A stretch of 63,875 bases of DNA, filler included, from Octopus bimaculoides (lineage: Eukaryota): assembly GCF_001194135.2 (NCBI RefSeq). It is 6 parts of 6 records of this genome, joined end to end, with 100 filler letters (N's around TTAATTAATTAA, not from the genome) between each part and the next. Parts side by side here need not be neighbours in the genome. Positions count along the whole stretch, not along the records: positions 52,460 to 59,059 come from NC_068993.1; positions 59,160 to 62,441 come from NC_068987.1; positions 62,542 to 63,875 come from NW_026357504.1; 3 more parts are not named here. One strand, given 5' to 3'. Positions 53,991 through 63,875 of the stretch are shown here, piece after piece (within the stretch, counting starts at the first letter, position 1; each line of letters opens with the position of its first letter). The translations under genes and the position numbers were made by a program. The notes beneath the pieces were generated by a model, which had not been told where the DNA came from, did no database searches, and saw only the letters and a list, made by a program, of their open reading frames with translations.

Positions 53991-56900
53991 GCCACTCAGT
54001 ACATATGAGAAAAGTGGCAGAATCGTTAGCACGCAGGACGAAATGCTTGGTGACATTTCGTCCGTCTACGTTCTGAGTTCAAATTCCACCGACTTCGCCT
54101 TTCATCCTTTTGGAGTCGATAAAATAAGTACCAGTTGAACACTGGGGATCAATGTAATCAATTCATTCTCTTTTCTGAACTTGCAGGCCTTGTCACAAAA
54201 TTTGAAATCATAAATACATTCAGACCAAACATTCATATAAAATAGCAATGTCAGTCATTATGCTCATTAAATCTCCCCACACCAAGTAAAAGAAAACAAA
54301 ACACTTTGTTAGGTTACTCATCATCAGAGAAAAGTGTAAAGAGACATTTAGTGCTGCGCTTCAATTCAGTTTATTTTGCCTGCGTCCACCACTGGAGCAT
54401 ACATGAATCAAGGAGTAGGATGAAAAATATCTTATGACATCTTTTCTCACTGCAATCTGAGTTGAGATATCGCCGATCGATTTTAACCGTCTTTCATTCT
54501 TTCAAAAATCCTATAGTGTTGCATCTTGGACGAGTATCTTTTACTATAATCTTGGCTCGACTTAAGCCTTGTGAATGAAATTGAATGGATGGGAACTGTG
54601 CGGCTGCTCGTCAGATGGATTGTACTGGTAACTCAAAGGTCCAACCTTGTCATAAACAAAGACGTGCTGATTCCGTCCGAGAATTACTTTAAAGTATACA
54701 TGTCTCTGGAATACTCAGCCACTTACTCCATTACTACATATTTCTATATTATGCCCTTGACGAGCTGCCGGTTAGTCTTGACCGATTGAGACATATCACC
54801 AAAATTGCACCCGCTATGGCCTTCCTGTCAGTTTTCTTCTCCCCACTTTTTATGTTTACATATAGTTTATCTAAGACTATTTTATCTGATGCTGCCTTTA
54901 TTTTTTAAAAATGTCAATGGATGTGAATTGAGGAAAATTTATTAGCAAGAAGAGTGACTGTTTTGAGTCTCTCTCGTTGCTTCAGAAATGCTCCACAAAC
55001 GTTCCTACAACCGTCAATGTTACTTTTGTTCTTATCAGTTGTCCTGGCAGACTCTTTGTTCTTAGCTCTTTTGTCAATCCCATAACGTTGAACACGACAA
55101 CTTTTTTATTAACCAGAATGGACCCATGCAAATTTCGCGGTTCATAGATATTCTTGTTTCTAGTTTAATGCATTAATTTATAGACATCCCCTCCACACAC
55201 ACACGCACNNNNNNNNNNNNNNNNNNNNNNNNNNNNNNNNNNNNNNNNNNNNNNNNNNNNNNNNNNNNNNNNNNNNNNNNNNNNNNNNNNNNNNNNNNNN
55301 NNNNNNNNNNNNNNNNNNNNNNNNNNNNNNNNNNNNNNNNNNNNNNNNNNNNNCAAGACTCTTCATTTCATATTGCTTCAAATGGCAAAAATGAGATGTA
55401 CCTGTATTTCAGAGGGCCAACCTTGTCACATTCAGTGTCACGCTGAATCTCACAGAGAACTACGTTAAGGGTACACGTGTTTGTGGAGTGCTCCGCCACT
55501 TGCGCGTTAATTTCACGAGTAAGCTGTTCCTTTCTTCGGATCAACTGGGACACTCATCGTCGCAACCGACGTAGCGCCAGTTTTATTTTGATTATTGATT
55601 ATATCTTCCATTTCTCATTTCCTAGTTAAGGTCGTTGTTGAAAGCTTAACAATCGAAGTTGTTTAACTATTTTAAAGATTTTGATTATATTTTTGATTTC
55701 GTGTCATAGTTAAGGCTGGTTCTCCTCTCTTACGTTGTGGTAAATTTTCAATCCCAAATGGCTAAACGTACATGCGTATTTCCTTCTCTCTTGCCTTTTC
55801 TCTTCATGCCAACATGCACACGCACACACGATTCAATGACGATGTGACATAATTCTGAGTTTCGTGTAAGATTGATCGCTACACGCGTCAGATGTGCAGG
55901 TTGTGGATTTAAAATGAACACAAAAGCTGGCTGATGTGAAATGCTGTCAAAAACAAACGATGTTTAAATATCATTCCAATCGACGCACAAGCTGAGTATT
56001 AGGCCATGCATTGTTGTTGAGGCTTCTCCTTCACCTCCTCTACCATTCCATTCTAAGATATTTTATGAGAATATGAAATCAAAGCCTGTGCTTCACTTGT
56101 ATTTTATTTCATCGACTCCAGAAATGTGATGTGCAAAGTAGACTTCGATGAGTCTCGAACTACGATCGCAAAGGACCGTAAGTAGATGCCTCAGACATTT
56201 CGTTCGAGACGCTCTAATAAATCTGATTAAGATGAAATGCTTTATAAAAGCACACTATTATATATATATATATATATATAAACTATTATTTCTAAATCTC
56301 TGAACGAGAAATATGCATCAACTATTTAGCCCCTGGAAAACAGCTTCTCCAGCTGGCTATCGACGCACTACCTGCGTCCTTTTACCTCGAACAAGGGAGC
56401 TAGTGTCCCCACTCAGCTGAAAGCGACATCTGTGTACCAATGATTTCTGGGTTATTTCCCTTATATTAATAACTCTATTTCTGAAAACCAGTGGATAGAT
56501 TCCACTGAAATTAGATAAATAACCTTCGAGCAGATAGTCAGCAGCGCCGCCTGGCTAAGGCTTGGCTGCTCTGCATTGACAAGGGGCAACACCTTGAAAC
56601 TAGTCTGCAGATGCCAAACCAGCAGGGGGACACTGCTGACCTCCCCTGTTCGAAGGTTATAAAGGACACAGGTTTCGTGTGTCACATAGCTAGCTAGAGG
56701 CGATGGCTTCTTGGAGCTAATTCACGGCAGCTTTCGTCCTAATTTTGGGACTGCCATGTTGGCTTGGCGATAACTATTAATTTCCAGTACCGCTGCCGTA
56801 GTCTCCTTTAGAGAGACTNNNNNNNNNNNNNNNNNNNNNNNNNNNNNNNNNNNNNNNNNNNNNNNNNNNNNNNNNNNNNNNNNNNNNNNNNNNNNNNNNN

Positions 56901-57819
56901 NNNNNNNNNNNNNNNNNNNNNNNNNNNNNNNNNNNNNNNNNNNNNNNNNNNNNNNNNNNNNNNNNNNNNNNNNNNNNNNNNNNNNNNNNNNNNNNNNNNN
57001 NNNNNNNNNNNNNNNNNNNNNNNNNNNNNNNNNNNNNNNNNNNNNNNNNNNNNNNNNNNNNNNNNNNNNNNNNNNNNNNNNNNNNNNNNNNNNNNNNNNN
57101 NNNNNNNNNNNNNNNNNNNNNNNNNNNNNNNNNNNNNNNNNNNNNNNNNNNNNNNNNNNNNNNNNNNNNNNNNNNNNNNNNNNNNNNNNNNNNNNNNNNN
57201 NNNNNNNNNNNNNNNNNNNNNNNNNNNNNNNNNNNNNNNNNNNNNNNNNNNNNNNNNNNNNNNNNNNNNNNNNNNNNNNNNNNNNNNNNNNNNNNNNNNN
57301 NNNNNNNNNNNNNNNNNNNNNNNNNNNNNNNNNNNNNNNNNNNNNNNNNNNNNNNNNNNNNNNNNNNNNNNNNNNNNNNNNNNNNNNNNNNNNNNNNNNN
57401 NNNNNNNNNNNNNNNNNNNNNNNNNNNNNNNNNNNNNNNNNNNNNNNNNNNNNNNNNNNNNNNNNNNNNNNNNNNNNNNNNNNNNNNNNNNNNNNNNNNN
57501 NNNNNNNNNNNNNNNNNNNNNNNNNNNNNNNNNNNNNNNNNNNNNNNNNNNNNNNNNNNNNNNNNNNNNNNNNNNNNNNNNNNNNNNNNNNNNNNNNNNN
57601 NNNNNNNNNNNNNNNNNNNNNNNNNNNNNNNNNNNNNNNNNNNNNNNNNNNNNNNNNNNNNNNNNNNNNNNNNNNNNNNNNTAGTTATCACAATTCTCTA
57701 AAGAAGCATGGAAATAGATTGCATGCTCGGATCACCACCACTACCACCACCATTACTGCCATCACAACCACAATCACTGCCATCGTCACCACTATCACAC
57801 CCACCGCCGCCACCGTTAC

Positions 57820-58085
57820 AGCGCGTCGCTGCATCCACCATTTGTCGGTATTTGCTCGGGTCGTCAAGAGTAACCATCCAAGCGGTGTTTCAGTCTGTCC
57901 CCAGCGCTTCGAGATACTTCCTCATCCGCCGTGATCCTATAGCATGTGACCAAGCAACATAGACCATCACCTCAACCAGATCCCCCGAAAAGAGAAAACG
58001 ATATAGAGGATGTAACTCTGAAAATCGGCCTAACAGCCTGAGCTGATGCTCGCGAATCATACAAGTAACAGGGCGCATCTAGCTC
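57820..58085 (-). pseudogene. RTE-like LINE C-terminal fragment
   Basis: MRPVTCMIREHQLRL...AWMVTLDDPSKYRQMVDAATR. Confidence 0.55.
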
Positions 58086-58814
58086 TTTTAGTATAGTGGC
58101 TGGTTTGGTGGTTGGATACGAAATCCGATCAATAGAGAACCCAATCATCTAGGGGGCTTTCAGTAGAGTCCGCTCTGTTACAAGCCATCGGGTCCTCTCG
58201 ACTAACAATTCAAAACAGAAAATCAGAATGCCACATATCATGCCTGTTTATTATCTAATCTGTGGCTGTCTTCCGTAAGGAAGAAACATTCATTTTGTAT
58301 AGCGCATTTACGCATGCAGTTATGGCGATATATTTCATGAAACTGAAAACAAGGAAATGAGAAGAATAAAAATAGGGCTACTGGTCTACAAATAAGAATC
58401 AGTATTGGGGTAAAGGCTAGCGAAATGAGTAAGTGCTACATAAACTCCTTCAAAATCACATGTAAACATTAAATTCATCGCACAATATCTTTACAATTTG
58501 TAAATAAGCACATGTACTGTAACGGCTTTAAATTTATAGGTAAAGGGAAGTTACTCCTCAGTATTTACATTTTATTATTTCCCATGATTAATGTAAAATC
58601 TTTTAACGACCGCGTATACGAGTAATATTATAGGAATATATCTACAATTTCTGAATGGAACGTCTTGTTAAAGACATCAAAGAATTTTATAGATACCAAC
58701 AACAAAATGAATAAAACGTCTAAGCAATTTCACAAAAGCAAAAACTAAATTTTTGCTAAATAGTTTGATACGTGGTTCGTGAAACCGTTTACAAATAATC
58801 ATAGTAATATGTGA

Positions 58815-58846
<32 letters not shown>

Positions 58847-59159
58847 CTGTGTGTATCTGTGTCTGTGTGCGCGCGTGAGCATGCGTGTGTGAACGCGCAT
58901 ACTATGCGTATATATAGCAAAAGAGATTGATAGAACAAGTACCAGACCTTATAAAAAGTAAATAGTGTAATCGATTCATTCGACTAAAATTTCTTCAAGG
59001 CGATGTCCTAACATGGCTTCAGTCTAATGAGCGGAACAAGTAAAAGGCATATATATATANNNNNNNNNNNNNNNNNNNNNNNNNNNNNNNNNNNNNNNNN
59101 NNNTTAATTAATTAANNNNNNNNNNNNNNNNNNNNNNNNNNNNNNNNNNNNNNNNNNNN

Positions 59160-59199
<40 letters not shown>

Positions 59200-59344
59200 T
59201 GTGTGCGTATGTATGTGTATGTGTGTGTATATGTGCCCGTGCGTGCGTATGTGTATGTGTGTATGTGTGCGTGCATTCTTTCATTCTTTTATATGTTTCA
59301 GTTATCGTACTATAGTCACGTTGGGGCATTGTCTTGAAGGATTT

Positions 59345-60130
59345 ATTTAGAGAAATCGACTACTTCATTTTTAAAGTCAGCTACTGGTTGCGAGGCTGAG
59401 GGAGAACAAATATTTATGCAGTCCATCTTTACACTTTGCCAAAACTTTGTTCTCAATGGCAATGGCAGCTTTATTGAAGATGGCGTCATCGTAACAAAGG
59501 ACAACCTCAGAATTATGTTGTACTCGATGCTTATAATCATCAAACAGGTCTCTTTCAAATTTTTGCAACAGACCATTGAGAGATTACAATTTATTTTTTT
59601 ATTAATAGAAATGATAGAAAACTACACAGTTTGGAAGGTAATTGTGAAACAATTATTTCCACCATTGTTGCTTCCCACTGACAATCATCCCGAAACAAAC
59701 TTCTCTGTAACAAAAATGTGACTAACGTGATTAACGTAACTAAAGTGACTGTTCCAGGTAGGGGAATGGGTTTAGTCCTCTGACTTCTTGTAAGAGCATT
59801 CTTAACGCTTTTAGTTTAGAAGTCAGATGTATCCACCTGAAATGACATTATCCTTAACTGCGAAAATCAATCTTACGTATCGATCTATCTTTTGGCGAGA
59901 ACAATCATGTTTGAAGACTATCATGTTTGAAAATTATTTTCTGTTGAGATATGTCAAATTTATTGAGGCAATGTGACTTGAAGAAAATGCTAACTCTTTT
60001 TTTTTTTTGGTAGATAACATCACTTCTGGATAAACCTTGAAATTTAATCTCGCAGGTGGATGGTTAAATGTAAACACTTCTGTTGCTTGGAATGAACTGT
60101 ATAGACATTTCCCACGCTCTTATTAAATAC
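59345..60130 (-). pseudogene. Helitron RepHel relic (region between Rep and helicase)
   Basis: GNVYTVHSKQQKC / LRMLLQEVRG / LFRDDCQWEATM...SQLPSKL / QKFERDLFDDY...DAIFNKAAIAIENKVL. Confidence 0.7.
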
Positions 60131-60566
60131 TGTATGTCTGTAGCTTTTAACAAAAACAGCTATTATCAGTCAAACAATTTTGTTTTACCCTAGGTATAAT
60201 ATGAAGAAAACTGAAACGATGCAGCGTTCAAGCAAAAATATCGATTCGTTAGATTAAAAAGAAATGCTGCACATATAGTGACCCTTGGAACTAAAATATA
60301 TTGCATTTCACTTGAAACATGGCACTGATATGCATACACGTATACTTGTGCAAAGACAAATAGCTCATTGCAAAAGCAGAATTTGAATGGTATTTATAAC
60401 AAGGATCGTATATTCATGCGATTAAGGAAGAGTAGAAAAGTATATGAGCACTGTTTTAATGCGTTTTGTATTAATGTAATATTTTGTACGCGCGCGCATA
60501 CACAGGCGAACACACACATACAGATGTGCCAAAGTACAAAAGTGCACACAGTATATGTATGTTTAA

Positions 60567-60597
<31 letters not shown>

Positions 60598-60659
60598 AAA
60601 TATATAATTTAGAGAAAAAATCCACAATTATTTAATTCATCCAAGAAAATCCACAATCA

Positions 60660-62440
60660 CATATAGAAAAATTTAATAAGTAAATACACTAAAAAGACCT
60701 ATAATAAAAATGTATGCAATGAAGAAGGTAGGTATGACTTATGATGAAGTTAATGTAGTTAAAATGGCTAGGAAATCGTTGATTAAATATAATAATAAAT
60801 TGTGGGCTAGGAAGGATTTTTTTTTATATACCAGTGGGGGCACCCGATTCTGCACAGCTAACTGATTTAGTAGCTATATATTTATTATCAGATCTTCAAT
60901 TGGAAAACTTAAAATTACTAACTAACTAAGAATTGCACCAATATAACACTAGAATTATATAAGAAGAAACTATATAGTTTTTTTTTAAAGAAATGGATTA
61001 ACGATTACTATGAATAATGAGAACCATAATGTTAATTATTTAGATGCTAATTTTAATTTAATAACAGGTAAAACCCAAATATTCCATAAAATTAATGAAA
61101 ACATTAGATATATTAATGCTAATAGTAATCATCCACCCTCAATTAAGAAATCGTTAACATATAATACACGTAAGAGAATATCATTACTTCCTTCTATTTT
61201 TGAGATTTTCCAAAACATGCACCTTATTATAATGAAGCCCTTCATGAGGCGGGATATAGTAATAATATTAAATTCTTTAATAATTCGAAATATAATTATA
61301 ATATCAAAGATAATAATATTAATGATCCATTTATTTTCTACAATAATAAACATAACATTAAGAATTATGATAAGGTTTACTTAGGTAATAATTGTAAGAA
61401 TAATAGGTATTATGATAATAAAAAACATAAACATAATTATAATGGACAAAATAATAAGTTTAAATTTAATTCATTTAATGATAATAATAAATTTAATAAT
61501 ATGAATAATAAATATAATAATATTAATAATAAGAACAAAATTTGGCTAATCATTCCTTACGGCGTTCAAGTTAAAATTAACATTATTAAAGAGATTTTAA
61601 ATATAATTGATATATTCCTTAGAGATAATAAAAAATATAATAATATTTTTTCTAGTAATAATTTGGGAGTAGGTTATTCTACTACTAATAATGTTGGTAA
61701 CATTATTTCTTCTTTTAATAGATTTAAGTTAAATAAGTTTTACGAATATAAATTAAATACTTATTCTAATATTAATAAGGACCAGGATATAACTGTACAT
61801 GTAGAGATAAGACCAAATGTATATTTAATAATAAATGTGATTTGAAGGATATGGTGTATAAATGTATAGTAACTTTAATTGAAGCTAAATTTATAAGTTC
61901 TAAAATTGCAGAAGAATTCGTTGCTGGGCAGTTTAGTTTAATGGTAAAACACTTGACGCGTAATCACAGAGATGTGAGTTCGAGTCACATGGCTGGCCAG
62001 TAACGTATTTTCTGCAATAAATGGATAATTTATCCTGATCACGCTATTTATAGCATTATCACGCGTTTGAGAAATAAATTTACTTCTGTATCTTTAATGG
62101 TTATAATTTAAATAAGATTTACATAGGATGAAATTCTAATAAAATTAAATTACATGTGGCTCAATAAATGAATTCTTTTAAGAATAGAAATTTGATTAAT
62201 TCTACTGGCCTTAGTAAATATATTTGGGAATTAGAATCTAAAAATATTAAGTATATTTTAAATTAGGAGATAGTTTGTGAGGCGAAATCTTATTGTATAG
62301 GTAGTAATTTTTGTTTGTTGTGTACTAATGAATTTAAGGAGATATTATTAAATAATAATAATATTTTGATTAACTCCCTTGAAGAACTTAAAATTAAATG
62401 TAGATATAAATTAAATTGTTTATATAATAAGTTTAGCGAA
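60660..62440 (+). pseudogene. Penelope-like element (RT thumb, linker and GIY-YIG), very AT-rich
   Basis: VKMARKSL / PVGAPDSAQL / VNYLD..SNHPPSIKKSL..RKRIS / NIFSSNNLGVGYSTTNN / MVYKC...KIYIG / LSKYIWEL / CLLCTNE. Confidence 0.85.
61927..61998 (+). other. tRNA-Thr(CGT)-like cloverleaf (pseudo-tRNA or element head)
   Basis: A-box TAGTTTAATGG; D-stem GTTT/AAAC; loop CGCGTAA; B-box GTTCGAGTC. Mismatches in the acceptor, anticodon and T stems, and G at position 33. Confidence 0.65.
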
Positions 62441-62541
62441 TNNNNNNNNNNNNNNNNNNNNNNNNNNNNNNNNNNNNNNNNNNNNTTAATTAATTAANNN
62501 NNNNNNNNNNNNNNNNNNNNNNNNNNNNNNNNNNNNNNNNN

Positions 62542-62575
<34 letters not shown>

Positions 62576-63238
62576 GAACACACGCACACACATATCTATA
62601 TGTGTATGCATATATACATATACATACATATATATAAATATATATACATAAATATATATATAAATAAATAAATATATATATAAATGTGTGTATATATATG
62701 TATGTATTTATATATACATACATGCATACATATATGATGTCTGGTGAATTTATGGAAAGAAATCCCATAAAACTCATCAGTTTAGTTAAAATGGAGACCA
62801 TCTTCTCTTCTCGATTAAATAAGTACCAGTTACGCACTGGGGTCGATATAATCGACTTAATCCGTTTGTCTGTCCTTGTTTGTCCCCTCTGTGTGTAGCC
62901 CCTTGTGGGTAGTAAAGAAATAACACACACATATATATATACACACACACACATATATACACACATGTATACACACGCACATATATTCAATCATGTGAAA
63001 GAACCCAAAACAACAAAGAGAAGCTTCTTCCTAATATTTTAACCAAAATTACTAAATACTAACTGCAAAGACCATTTTAGTCATTCCTTGGACTTTATTT
63101 GTGATTTTCACTTGGAATTGATATAAAATTATGAATAAAAAGAAAATGGTGGGAGGAATGGGAAAAGAATATAATAAAAATATGCCATACGCTAATTTAG
63201 ATTGCTTTTAATTAGACCGATAATATTTTGTTAATTTC

Positions 63239-63432
63239 ATTGTGTCTGGGGAGAGTCATTCTCTTTTAGTGTTTTATTAATTTAACACACACACACCGGT
63301 CTCATTTCCACTCATTTAATTATTTATAAATAAGTAAATGAGTGGAAATCAAACCGGTGAGTGTGTTAAATTAATAAGGCACTAAAAGAGAATGACTCCC
63401 CCNNNNNNNNNNNNNNNNNNNNNNGACACAAT
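63239..63432. mobile_element. Foldback MITE (almost entirely palindromic)
   Basis: attgtgtctggggagagtcattctcttttagtg...ccactcattta / taaatgagtgg...cactaaaagagaatgactcccc..gacacaat; small gap in the right arm. Confidence 0.8.
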
Positions 63433-63566
63433 AAAATATGCTTCAACACACGAATTCACATAAAGAATCTTGCAAACCAAATACAAAAACGAATTTTGAT
63501 AATTATTTGACGGAATAAAAAGAAAAAAAGTAAAATACACAACAATGGCTACTATTTTAATATTCA

Positions 63567-63608
<42 letters not shown>

Positions 63609-63875
63609 TTAATAATAATAATAATAGTTTCTACACTAGGAACAAGGCCCGAAATTTGGGGGGAGGGGCCAGTGGATTAGATCGACGCCAGTACGCACAC
63701 ACACACACACACACACACACATGCACTCACATATAGGCATCATGTCCGATACGCTAACAATTATGCCAATAACCGTAATATATTTGTAAAGGTACATAAA
63801 TTATACACATAAGCCTAAATGCATAGGCGTACATATAATACATATATAGACAACTACATTCACTCATGCGCATAT

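Noticed and set aside
61927-61998. Functional tRNA-Thr gene
   Set aside because: G instead of U33, a bulged anticodon stem, mismatches in the acceptor and T stems, and a location inside a transposon; kept only as tRNA-like.
62025-62080. Hammerhead ribozyme (CTGATCA...GAAA) in a Penelope context
   Set aside because: The core is CUGAUCA rather than CUGANGA, stem II does not abut GAAA, and no stems I/III were found.

Overview
AT-rich, gappy eukaryotic genomic DNA, almost all intronic or intergenic. The SINE, LINE and MITE families and microsatellite load look like an octopus (coleoid cephalopod) draft assembly; this is inferred from repeat recognition, not a search. No complete gene is present. 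There is one well-supported plus-strand internal exon (44689-44931) and several weaker candidate exons of an unidentified gene. The rest is transposon debris: at least four tRNA-derived SINE types, RTE, R4/Dong, CR1-like, Tx1/L1 and Penelope retroelement fragments, mariner, pogo, hAT and Helitron transposase relics, and many MITEs with recognisable TIRs and TSDs. The most striking structures are: (i) an RTE insertion with an exact twin-priming-type 5' inversion and a 12-bp TSD; (ii) a tRNA-Thr-like cloverleaf capping nested inverted repeats inside a Penelope GIY-YIG domain; (iii) a double-MITE foldback; (iv) head-to-tail R4/Dong copies joined by a (TAA)53 tract. Most ORFs in the supplied track are microsatellite or N-gap artefacts. 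Translations and alignments were done by eye.
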